Positions 9,671 through 18,301 of a stretch of 64,000 nt of DNA are shown here, one piece after another. The DNA comes from Eubacteriales bacterium (lineage in GTDB: Bacteria > Bacillota > Clostridia > Oscillospirales > CAG-272), in assembly GCA_045651165.1 (NCBI GenBank), contig JAZRRX010000037.1:584-64583 (forward strand), given 5' to 3'. Each line of letters begins with the position of its first letter. Position 1 is the first letter of the stretch. The translations under genes were made by a program, and so were the position numbers. The notes below the pieces were generated by a model. It did not search any database. It was not told where the DNA came from and worked only from the letters and a program-made list of their open reading frames with translations.

Positions 9671-11107
9671 TTAACATTTTTTCATTAAACGAATATAAAA
9701 TTCCACGCTCTTACGAATTGTGTCAAGCGGTATTTTTTCGTTATTTCCATGAATTGTTTTTCTCTCTTCGCTAGTAAGAGCCATAGCAGAAAAACGATAT
9801 ACCTTATCACTTATTCTACTCCAATGCTTTGCATCAGAGCAAGCAAACATAAGATAGGGAGAAACCAAAGTATTATCCCAAGTTCCCTTAACTGCATAGA
9901 CAATCTTGTTCCACGCGTCCCCACCAACAACGGATGTTGGAGATGGATCTACCCCCTCAAGAACTGTGAGTTGAATATCCTTATCTTTAATTTGTTTTCT
10001 AAGATATTCTTCTGCACTCTTTGTTGTTTCGCCAGGGATCAAACGAAGATTTGCACACATCGTGGCATTGGGTGGAATAACATTAATTCCCTTTGACCCC
10101 TCCATTTGTGTAAATGAACAAGTTGTTCTTATCAAAGCGTTAAGTTCACCACCACTCAATTTTCCAATGAGTGAGAGCACAGGACCAAACAACCAAAGAT
10201 TTGCAAATATCAATTTATATCCAAAATTTGAGTATCTTGCAAGGGTATCAAACATAGATGCAGACACCTTTGAAAGTGTATATTTGAATGGATGATTTTC
10301 AATATTTACGCACGCAGCGCTTAATTTTCCAATAGGTGTATGGGGCTTGGGAGATGAAGAATGTCCACCATTTCCTGTAAATTTAAGTTCAACGTTGAGC
10401 ATTCCCTTTTCAGCTATGCCAACAAGAGCACAGGGAGTGGTAACTCCGGGGAACACATTATTAACCACAGCTCCACCCTCGTCAAGAACAAGTGCAGGCG
10501 TGATATTTCTTTCTTTGAAAAGTTGAATGATTTGTGGCTGTCCCTCTCCGTTTATCTCCTCATTACCTGAAAATGCAAGATAGATATCATTTTCGGGAAC
10601 AAATCCTTCTAAAAGCAACTGTTCAAGCGCCTGCATTGATGCATTGAGTGTTGATTTAGTATCAAGAGTTCCTCTTCCCCAAAGAGTATCGTTTTCAACC
10701 TCTCCACAGAAAGGAGCTTTCTCCCAATCCTTTTCTTCAACGTCAACAACATCAAAATGTGCAGTAAATACACAGGGTGCATCTGAACTTTTTCCTTGCA
10801 ATCTATAAAGAATTGCGCGATCAGAAACTCTCTCAAATGCACAATGCTTATAAATCATGGGGAATCTTTCGGATAAAAGCGCGATAAAGCGTTCAAATTC
10901 TTCATCATTCTCAAGCGCTCTGTCACGATGGGATATGGTCTTGCATTTTACCATATCAGCAAGGTCACGTGTTGCTTTGTCAAGATTAACATTTACCTTC
11001 TCAATCTCAATTTTACTCTCTTTATGTGGAACAAAAAGCAAAGCTCTAATAATTGCTATTGACAAAAGCAAAACGATTATAGCCAAAATAACATATAAAA
11101 CAATCAT
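9671..11107 (-). CDS. membrane-anchored M20 family metallopeptidase (carboxypeptidase S/PM20D1-like)
   Basis: AHFDVV, WGRGTLDTK, NEE, LDEGG, GHSS and IHGNNE motifs; N-terminal TM. Confidence 0.9.
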   Translation of the reverse strand: MIVLYVILAIIVLLLSIAIIRALLFVPHKESKIEIEKVNVNLDKATRDLADMVKCKTISHRDRALENDEEFERFIALLSERFPMIYKHCAFERVSDRAILYRLQGKSSDAPCVFTAHFDVVDVEEKDWEKAPFCGEVENDTLWGRGTLDTKSTLNASMQALEQLLLEGFVPENDIYLAFSGNEEINGEGQPQIIQLFKERNITPALVLDEGGAVVNNVFPGVTTPCALVGIAEKGMLNVELKFTGNGGHSSSPKPHTPIGKLSAACVNIENHPFKYTLSKVSASMFDTLARYSNFGYKLIFANLWLFGPVLSLIGKLSGGELNALIRTTCSFTQMEGSKGINVIPPNATMCANLRLIPGETTKSAEEYLRKQIKDKDIQLTVLEGVDPSPTSVVGGDAWNKIVYAVKGTWDNTLVSPYLMFACSDAKHWSRISDKVYRFSAMALTSEERKTIHGNNEKIPLDTIRKSVEFYIRLMKKC

Positions 11108-11775
11108 TTTATTTCTCCGTTAGCTCTTCTCTCTTTGTTATAAAGAACTCTTGCATAGATAAGTGTGATAACCATACTTACAGGAATCATAATACCAACC
11201 ATACCGGAATTGAGATATGGTACGAAAACAAAGAGGATAATCATAAGTGCCATGGGCAAAACTGCAATTTTGAAATATCTTGAAAGATAAACAACGCCAA
11301 GTCCACCAAAAAGTGCAGGAAGTACGTTATCAAATGCAGGTTTTAACCACTCTTGTTCAAAGAATCCCTGGAAAGCTGTTAACAAGCACACACCAACAAA
11401 TATAATGATTATTGTCATTATCGATGATGTAGCTATTGAAATAGTGGAGATAACCTCACCCTCATCACTATCAGCCTTAACGCCTGCTTTATCCATAGAA
11501 TCAATAGCACAAGGCACTTTAAGTGAAGAAAGGTTACCCGTAACAAAGCTAAGGTATGTACCACCCACACCAAGCATGGGAGTATATGTTATAACCTCAA
11601 TAATACCAACGGGCCAGAATGTAACTGCAACTGCAAAAAGACCTTTTAAAAATACACCCCAATCGGGCCATGCATTAAAAACGATTGCCAAAGCAAAGGG
11701 AAAAGAAAATATAAATCCTGCAGTAACAACTGCCCATATTCTTCCCCATCTATGCATTTTATCAATATAATTCAT
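11104..11775 (-). CDS. multi-pass membrane protein (usual partner of DUF5058)
   Basis: Hydrophobic 223 aa with GTYLSFVTGN...LKVPCA; overlaps the M20 start. Confidence 0.7.
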   Translation of the reverse strand: MNYIDKMHRWGRIWAVVTAGFIFSFPFALAIVFNAWPDWGVFLKGLFAVAVTFWPVGIIEVITYTPMLGVGGTYLSFVTGNLSSLKVPCAIDSMDKAGVKADSDEGEVISTISIATSSIMTIIIIFVGVCLLTAFQGFFEQEWLKPAFDNVLPALFGGLGVVYLSRYFKIAVLPMALMIILFVFVPYLNSGMVGIMIPVSMVITLIYARVLYNKERRANGEIK

Positions 11776-11787
11776 ATATGTACCTCC

Positions 11788-12555
11788 TTATCCTTTAATC
11801 AAAAGTGAAACAGGAATTGCCAATGCCATACTACCTATCATTGAAATAGGAAGTGCATAGTCGTTGAGCCATTTCCAATTAAACTTTTTAAGAAGGGTTC
11901 CGCAAATAGCCATAAGCCCTGCAGAAATCGCCATAACAAACACAGGAATCCAGTGCTCAAGCTGATAGTGGAAAGCAAGTGCTTTTGTGCCATTTTCAAG
12001 TGTTTCAAAAACAAGACCAAGATCGCAAACAATATATCCAAGGAAAGCAGAAAGCATACCAACGAACATACTTGTCATAAGAAGGTCCATCCATCTTTTG
12101 TCCTTGTCTTTAACCTTCATCATACCACCCGTTATCGTCTTACAAGTGATGGGGGCAAGAATAAGACTTGAAGCAATACCAAATGTCATAACGAGTGCAA
12201 CTGTAACATATTGTTTAGCATCTGTTATCGCGTCAACGCCAAGTGCTTCAAGTGCATTTTTGGCAGCAGGAAGCTCATATGTAACCGCACCGATAATGGA
12301 AAGTCGCAACCAAGGAAGAGCAACACCGAGCATTTTTACAAGTGAAACAACACCCATAAATATTGCAACTGCGGGAGCAATAGTAAATATTGCCGATCTT
12401 TTTATAGTATCAACTAATACCGATTTTTTAATGCCTAATTCGATTCCTCTTTTGTAAGCCTTAACAAGAAAGAAAATTGATTGAGCAATTACTACGCCGA
12501 TTACTACTGCAACAAATGCAAAAATTATCGGACTATTAAGGGAAAATTCAAACAT
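11788..12555 (-). CDS. DUF5058-like membrane protein
   Basis: LPWLRLSIIGAVTYE motif, multiple TMs; start at ATG 12555 after AAGGAG. Confidence 0.75.
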   Translation of the reverse strand: MFEFSLNSPIIFAFVAVVIGVVIAQSIFFLVKAYKRGIELGIKKSVLVDTIKRSAIFTIAPAVAIFMGVVSLVKMLGVALPWLRLSIIGAVTYELPAAKNALEALGVDAITDAKQYVTVALVMTFGIASSLILAPITCKTITGGMMKVKDKDKRWMDLLMTSMFVGMLSAFLGYIVCDLGLVFETLENGTKALAFHYQLEHWIPVFVMAISAGLMAICGTLLKKFNWKWLNDYALPISMIGSMALAIPVSLLIKG

Positions 12556-12703
12556 ATTTATCTCCTTTTTTAATAATGTTGATAATATTATATCACCTTT
12601 TGGATATTTCTGCAAGTATATTCGAGAAAATTCATCATCATATCATATATTTATCAAAAATGACCTCCCGGATGGGAGGTCAAATTAATTCATAAGTATA
12701 AAT

Positions 12704-14353
12704 TTATGCGCCTTGGCTTTCTCCTGTGATTCTGAATACAACATTAGTAAATTCAACTACTGTTCCACGGTTTGCAAACATACCAACGTACATATATTCA
12801 GTGTCAACTGCAAAGAAATCAAAATCGTAGTGAGTTTGAGTATATGTATGTCCGCCATAAACAACGCTTACCTTTACGGACTGTCCGACTCTTTCAATAG
12901 TCATAGTGAACGTATCGTCAACCGCCGCAAGAGAAGATACAGTGCCACTTCCATTGTTGAGCACTGCATTTTCTCTATAGAAGTTTGCAGTCATTGAAGA
13001 GGAAGTACAAAGGAAACCTGCGGTTACGTAATTTGTGATAATGGGACTTTCAGCTGTGAGATTGATATAGCAATCGTCGCGAAGCATAAGACCAAAGCCC
13101 ACTTGATTGGTGGATGCAGTAGAAATCACCTTGCCACTAACAGTAAGAGTAAAGTTTTGGCTTGCTTCTACTTGTCTGAAAAGGAAGGCAAAACCATCTT
13201 CAGAAGAAGTAAATTTACCCTTTTTAGAATTTTGTCCAACCCGGAAGACACCTTCACTAACTTCTTTGGCAATATATCCATTTGAGGAAGATTGAGGATT
13301 TCCACCTGTTGTGCCAAAAGCAGTACCGTACCAGCCGTCAGTTGTGGTTTCAAACTGAGAGGGTGCATTATAATTTTCAAGGTCGGGAGTTTCGTAGGTG
13401 GGCACTTCATATCCCTCTCTTGCAGCAAGTGCCTTTTTGGTGGGCTCTGTGATATTTGGGAGAACGTATCCACCTATACCTTCAAGCTCTGCCATCTCGC
13501 TAGCAAACAAATATGCAACGAATTTTGCACCGTAAATATTCAAGTGAGTTTTATCAATGCTTGCCCAGTTAGGAATTATAGTCGTGCCGTCAGTATCATA
13601 TTTACCTGCTATAACTGCATGGTAATATGACGCTTCTGCAAATCCAAGGTCTTCATATTTGGTTCTTGTGAGAACAGTAAGGTCAATAACGTCAACGCCA
13701 TAAGCTTCACCAACCGCACGAACAGCCGCCGCATAGTCGCCCGTAGCAGTAACGTGACCTTCACTGCCGGAATAGTTATTGTCAGTTGCAGCGCGAACTA
13801 CGGGAGTGCAAAGAACAGGTGTTGCACCTACGCTTTGTGCAAGCTTAATATAATATTCGTAAAGGTGATATCCAAAAGAATCAGGATTCGTGTAATCAAG
13901 AGATGCATTGGTAAATCTTGTCGCATCATCACTCTTTTCGTCATTATGACCGAATCCGATAACGAGAATATCTCCCGCCTTCAAGGAGTTTTGAAGCGTA
14001 GTGTAATTAGCTTCACTCAAAAAGCTCTTTGAGCTTCTGCCTGAAAGAGCAAGATTTTTAACTGTAACCTTGTCAGAAAGATAATTAGCTATCTGCGTAC
14101 CATATCCGTATCTTGGATAAAAATAATCATCAGCAAATGAGCAAACGGTTGAGTCACCAACCAAATACATTGTTGTTTCCGGTAAATCCACGTCAGGATC
14201 CTCCTTTGGTTCATCGGGTTTTACTGTAGTAGTTGTTGTGGTTGATTGAGTTTGAGAGGTGGTTTCTTTTTCCTCACTTCCACCACCCAAGCAAGCCGTA
14301 AAAAGCATTGCAACGATAAGCAAAATTGCTATCAACGAATAAATTTTTTTCAT
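12704..14353 (-). CDS. lipoprotein SGNH esterase, rhamnogalacturonan acetylesterase (CE12)-like, with C-terminal beta-rich domain
   Basis: Lipobox LFTAC, Thr linker, GDSTV, NLALSGRSSKSF, FGHNDEK, DKTH. Confidence 0.85.
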   Translation of the reverse strand: MKKIYSLIAILLIVAMLFTACLGGGSEEKETTSQTQSTTTTTTVKPDEPKEDPDVDLPETTMYLVGDSTVCSFADDYFYPRYGYGTQIANYLSDKVTVKNLALSGRSSKSFLSEANYTTLQNSLKAGDILVIGFGHNDEKSDDATRFTNASLDYTNPDSFGYHLYEYYIKLAQSVGATPVLCTPVVRAATDNNYSGSEGHVTATGDYAAAVRAVGEAYGVDVIDLTVLTRTKYEDLGFAEASYYHAVIAGKYDTDGTTIIPNWASIDKTHLNIYGAKFVAYLFASEMAELEGIGGYVLPNITEPTKKALAAREGYEVPTYETPDLENYNAPSQFETTTDGWYGTAFGTTGGNPQSSSNGYIAKEVSEGVFRVGQNSKKGKFTSSEDGFAFLFRQVEASQNFTLTVSGKVISTASTNQVGFGLMLRDDCYINLTAESPIITNYVTAGFLCTSSSMTANFYRENAVLNNGSGTVSSLAAVDDTFTMTIERVGQSVKVSVVYGGHTYTQTHYDFDFFAVDTEYMYVGMFANRGTVVEFTNVVFRITGESQGA

Positions 14354-14463
14354 AACGTCATTCCCCTTCCGTAAAAATTACAATTCTATTATATCATTTG
14401 TACTTAGTTTGTGCAATAGTTTTTTCAAAAACAAAAAGGCAGTTCGTCCGAACTGCCTTTTTA

Positions 14464-15765
14464 TTAACCTTGCGCCTGCTCTTGAAGGCGCTTTTCTTCA
14501 GTTTCACGAGCGCTTGTCTTGCCCGCAACATTGATATCGCCCGCCTTTGTGAGCGCTATCTTTGTCAAATAAGGTCCAAAAATTTCATAAATAAGAACCG
14601 CAAAAAGTGTGATGTTTCTAACTATATCACCATCTGCGCCGAGTTCACCCGCTTTGATTGCCATACCAAGAGCAACACCTGCCTGGGGCAAAAGTGTAAT
14701 ACCGAGATATTTAACAATTTTAGGATCGCACTTCATCCATTTTGCACTCATTGTTGCACCTGCACATTTACCTGCAGATCTAACAAGTATGTACACAATA
14801 CCAACAATAATTACCGCAATGTCACCGAATACCGAAAGATCAAGCTCTGCACCACTCACAACAAAGAAAAGAATTAGAATGGGCGCTGTCCAACGGTCTG
14901 CCCTATCCATAAGTTCCTCAGAAAAATCACAGATATTGCAGAAAACTGTGCCAAGCATCATACAAGAAAGAAGTGAAGAAAAACCGATGTGAATACCACC
15001 TACTTCAAACTTGCAAAGTGAAATCCCAACTGTCAATAAAACAAATGTAACCGACATTGCCATTCTCTTTGAACGAGAGTGGAAAAACTTTTCAAAATAT
15101 GTGAAAACAACGCCCATAACAAAGCCAAGTCCAAGTGAAAGAACAACCTCAACCATGGGTTCAAGCACAACGGATGCTATGCTAATGCTAGCGCTTGTCA
15201 ATGATTTTGCAATACCAAATGAAATTGCAAAAACTATCAAACCCACCGCATCGTCAAGTGCAACTACTGGCAAGAGAATGTCAGTAAGTTTTCCCTTTGC
15301 TTTGTACTGCTTAACAACCATAAGTGTTGCTGCAGGAGCAGTAGCAGTAGCAACCGCGCCAAGTACGATTGCAGCAGGAAGTGGGAATTTGTCACCCATA
15401 ATAAAGTGCAAGCCAATCAAAAACGCGTCAACCAAAATGGTTGTGAAAAGCGCCTGCCAAATACCGATAACAGTTGCCTGCTTACCAATTTTCTTGAGCT
15501 GTGAAATTCTAAATTCATTACCCATAGAAAATGCAATAAAGCCCAAAGCAACGTCTGAAATTATTGAAAGCCCTTCTACCTGCTCGTGTGAAATACCAAG
15601 ACCGTCTATGCCAAGTCCACCGAGAAGAAAAGGTCCGATAAGAACACCTGCAACAAGATATGCAGTTACTGCAGGCAAACTCACTGCCTTTGCTAATCTT
15701 GAAAGCATTAATCCAGCAAGCAAAGCTACCGAAAGACTAATTAAAATAGTTGAATTTGATAACAT
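14464..15765 (-). CDS. cation:proton antiporter (CPA2/NapA-like)
   Basis: About 12 TMs; ATAPAAT, VALDDA and PQAGVALG motifs. Confidence 0.88.
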   Translation of the reverse strand: MLSNSTILISLSVALLAGLMLSRLAKAVSLPAVTAYLVAGVLIGPFLLGGLGIDGLGISHEQVEGLSIISDVALGFIAFSMGNEFRISQLKKIGKQATVIGIWQALFTTILVDAFLIGLHFIMGDKFPLPAAIVLGAVATATAPAATLMVVKQYKAKGKLTDILLPVVALDDAVGLIVFAISFGIAKSLTSASISIASVVLEPMVEVVLSLGLGFVMGVVFTYFEKFFHSRSKRMAMSVTFVLLTVGISLCKFEVGGIHIGFSSLLSCMMLGTVFCNICDFSEELMDRADRWTAPILILFFVVSGAELDLSVFGDIAVIIVGIVYILVRSAGKCAGATMSAKWMKCDPKIVKYLGITLLPQAGVALGMAIKAGELGADGDIVRNITLFAVLIYEIFGPYLTKIALTKAGDINVAGKTSARETEEKRLQEQAQG

Positions 15766-15948
15766 ATACTATATTCCTCTGTATATATAAAATAATTTTA
15801 TGATTCATTTTTTGTGCAGTGGATATTGTAGCACAATCAAACATAAAATTCAAGATTATTTTTCAACTTTTTTGATAATTTTTTCTTTGTTTTTTTGTGC
15901 AATATAAACAAAACGGAACCCTTTGAATTTGAGTTCCGTTTTTAACGT

Positions 15949-16398
15949 TTATTTCTTTTTCTTCATCAAATCTTTTATCTCTTTTAAGAATGTGTCAACA
16001 TCCTTAAACTCACGATAAACCGAAGCAAATCTAACGTAGGCTACATGATCGTAATCTTTTAATTTCATCATTACAAGTTCACCAATTTCACTTGTTGTTA
16101 TTTCGGTTCTCATTGAGTTTTGCAAATCTTGTTCAACCTCGTTAACAATCACCTCTGCATCAACAGGACGCTTCTGGCACGCCTTAAGCACGCCCGACAA
16201 AAGTTTGTTTCTATCAAAAATCTGCTTTTCTCCACTCTTTTTGATAACAAATATTTGTGTTGCTTCAATAGTTTCAAATGTTGTAAATCTCTTTTGACAT
16301 TCAAGGCATTCGCGTCTGCGACGTATACTTAATCCGTCATTTGAGGGACGGGAATCTATAACCTTGCTATCAAAATATCCACACGCGGGGCATTTCAT
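15949..16398 (-). CDS. nrdR: transcriptional repressor NrdR
   Basis: MKCPAC...SKVIDSR...RRRREC...RFTTFE zinc ribbon, ATP cone, VAYVRFASVY. Confidence 0.97.
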   Translation of the reverse strand: MKCPACGYFDSKVIDSRPSNDGLSIRRRRECLECQKRFTTFETIEATQIFVIKKSGEKQIFDRNKLLSGVLKACQKRPVDAEVIVNEVEQDLQNSMRTEITTSEIGELVMMKLKDYDHVAYVRFASVYREFKDVDTFLKEIKDLMKKKK

Positions 16399-16469
16399 AG
16401 GTATTTTTCCTTCTTTCGAGTTAATCTTTACTTAATCATACCACAAATCATTTGATTTGTAAAGATTTT

Positions 16470-16709
16470 TTAATTCTTTTGCTTTGCAAAATCGCACAAA
16501 ATATCCATAATACAATAAATATTCGTATTACTTGTGGATATTTCATCAAAAAGTATGTATGCTTCTTCCCTATCAGCTTTTATACTGCCACAATAAAAAT
16601 CCTTTTTGTCCTGCGCAATAATCACATAATAATTTCTGTAAAAGACTGCTTTTAAAAGCTTGTAGCAAACTCCATCCACCTCGCGCTTTTCAATTAAGCT
16701 AAAATCCAT
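16470..16709 (-). CDS. small hypothetical protein (DUF6514-like)
   Basis: 79-aa ORF with AAGGAG RBS; C-terminal pattern recalls DUF6514. Confidence 0.55.
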   Translation of the reverse strand: MDFSLIEKREVDGVCYKLLKAVFYRNYYVIIAQDKKDFYCGSIKADREEAYILFDEISTSNTNIYCIMDILCDFAKQKN

Positions 16710-16894
16710 AATAATCTCCTTTTGAGTTTTATAATAATATCATAGCATAATACTAACACATAAACATATTTGTTTTGTGTCGCTTTTATGTGCGTTTTTT
16801 AACATTTTCTTCCATTTTTAACAACAATTTTATATTGAATATAATACATTCTCACTGTATAATTATTATAGAATAATAAAGTTTGGAGAAATAT

Positions 16895-17143
16895 ATGAGA
16901 AAAATAAGAAATTATATAAATTCGATATATCGACCCGCCTTTTTAATGCTATGCATAGGACTTTCTATTTTTTCTGCAACAATTTGCATTTTGGCAGTTA
17001 ATTTGCGCGCGGATATGCTCGCAGGAGCAAGTGATGTAATATATAGATACCCTCAAATGATAGAAAAAATACTTTTTCCTATCTACATACTATTACCTAT
17101 AACATTTGTTGTGGATTTGAATGAACGCAAAAATAAAAGCTGA
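16895..17143 (+). CDS. small two-TM membrane protein
   Basis: GGAG RBS before ATG 16895, two hydrophobic stretches, ends in a terminator. Confidence 0.6.
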   Translation: MRKIRNYINSIYRPAFLMLCIGLSIFSATICILAVNLRADMLAGASDVIYRYPQMIEKILFPIYILLPITFVVDLNERKNKS

Positions 17144-17162
17144 CATCATGTCAGCTTTTATT
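17132..17162. terminator. bidirectional terminator
   Basis: Perfect 14-bp inverted repeat AATAAAAGCTGACA/TGTCAGCTTTTATT. Confidence 0.85.
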
Positions 17163-17164
17163 AG

Positions 17165-17341
17165 TTAGAATGAACCCAATTTTTGCATCACACAACCAAC
17201 ATTTCGCACAGTCTTCATGGCGCGGCGCATCATTCTGCGACGGCGTGCCGCCTTGGTATTTGACAACATTGCGCCCGCAATACCAATCATAACCATACCT
17301 CCAACGGCCCCCAAAACAAGTCCCATATTTCTTTTAAACAT
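17165..17341 (-). CDS. 58-aa small membrane protein missed by the ORF track
   Basis: Manual translation MFKRNMGLVLGAVGGMVMIGIAGAMLSNTKAARRRRMMRRAMKTVRNVGCVMQKLGSF; RBS GGGAGG; stop abuts the terminator. Confidence 0.75.
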   Translation of the reverse strand: MFKRNMGLVLGAVGGMVMIGIAGAMLSNTKAARRRRMMRRAMKTVRNVGCVMQKLGSF

Positions 17342-17405
17342 AATATCCTCCCTTTTGTAATTTATTTTTGTTATTATCTTTGCCTAAATAGGAGTTATTA
17401 TGCAT

Positions 17406-17759
17406 TTAAATGGACTTTATTTTGGGCGCTATTTTGTCAATCGCTTTTCCTTTTAATCGAAATACACTACGCCTTGAAATACCAAGTATTTTTGCGCAAT
17501 TTTCAAGCGTATTTCCCTTTATGTAGTAGTGATATAAAAACAATCGCTCGCGCGAGTCGGGGACCTCGAGTATCGTGGATCTAATTGCATACATCTGCGC
17601 TCGCATAGCAGCTTCATCAAGCGTGTATTCTTCGCCAAACGTTCTTCCATAGGACCTTGACGACAATAAAACGTCATTCATAGCACGATACGATCGCAAA
17701 ATTCTATCGCACTCCACTCGCGCAAGCTTTGTTTTTTCTTGGTTAAAACCGCCTTCCAT
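17406..17759 (-). CDS. sigma-region-4-like HTH protein (ArpU/RinA-type regulator)
   Basis: RERLFLYHYYIKG-TLENCAKILGISRRSVFRLKGKAI. Confidence 0.7.
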   Translation of the reverse strand: MEGGFNQEKTKLARVECDRILRSYRAMNDVLLSSRSYGRTFGEEYTLDEAAMRAQMYAIRSTILEVPDSRERLFLYHYYIKGNTLENCAKILGISRRSVFRLKGKAIDKIAPKIKSI

Positions 17760-17815
17760 TTTACATCATCCTTTCTTTTACCTATATCTTGGTGTATTTT
17801 TAATTAATAATAATT

Positions 17816-17829
17816 TGAACATTTGTTCG
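17816..17829. promoter_or_regulatory. LexA (SOS/Cheo) box
   Basis: TGAAC-ATTT-GTTCG versus the Bacillota consensus CGAAC-N4-GTTCG. Confidence 0.7.
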
Positions 17830-17857
17830 TGCTTGAGGGTTTTAAAAACTCTACCTT

Positions 17858-18106
17858 TCAGTAGAGCATATCGAAAAAATCTTTTATATCAGAGCAATCA
17901 AGAAACTCTAGAAGCTCGGGGGAGATGAGCTCCTCAGCACACTCTGTGCAAAGAAATTTTCCATTTTTTCTGTAATGTTTGTCATCTTCATATATCCCCT
18001 GTTCGCAACTTGCACATTTGCCTATGTGAGAACCCACACCCGAAACATATCCTGTGAAATTAGGGCATGATGAGGGACATTCGTATTGATTACAATATTC
18101 GCAAAT
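17858..18106 (-). CDS. small Cys-rich putative zinc-binding protein, phage-like
   Basis: CEYC..CPSSCPN, CASC and CTEC motifs; start uncertain (ATT 18106 after AAAGGAG, or TTG 18151). Confidence 0.65.
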   Translation of the reverse strand: MCEYCNQYECPSSCPNFTGYVSGVGSHIGKCASCEQGIYEDDKHYRKNGKFLCTECAEELISPELLEFLDCSDIKDFFDMLY

Positions 18107-18135
18107 AATTATCACTCCTTTAAATACAATTTCAC

Positions 18136-18164
18136 TTGAAATTTCATTCAATATGTTGTATAAT
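18136..18164 (+). promoter_or_regulatory. sigma-A promoter toward the ABC-F gene
   Basis: TTGAAA-17 nt-TATAAT. Confidence 0.65.
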
Positions 18165-18206
18165 AGTTAAGATATGTTTATTCATCTCAACTCGGAGAGA
18201 AATTCA

Positions 18207-18256
18207 CGAACAAATGTTCTTGATGCAATTATATAACATATTTTTCCTTTTGTCAA
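18207..18256 (-). promoter_or_regulatory. consensus sigma-A promoter with a LexA box at the start site
   Basis: TTGACA(18256-18251)-17 nt-TATAAT(18233-18228); CGAAC-AAAT-GTTCT at 18207-18220. Confidence 0.75.
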
Positions 18257-18301
18257 GGGAATTTTATGATATTTTTAATTTTTTTAGAAAGGGGTTTTTC
18301 A

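Noticed and set aside
16470-18151. Intact prophage
   Set aside because: No integrase, terminase, structural or lysis genes, and no att pair is visible.
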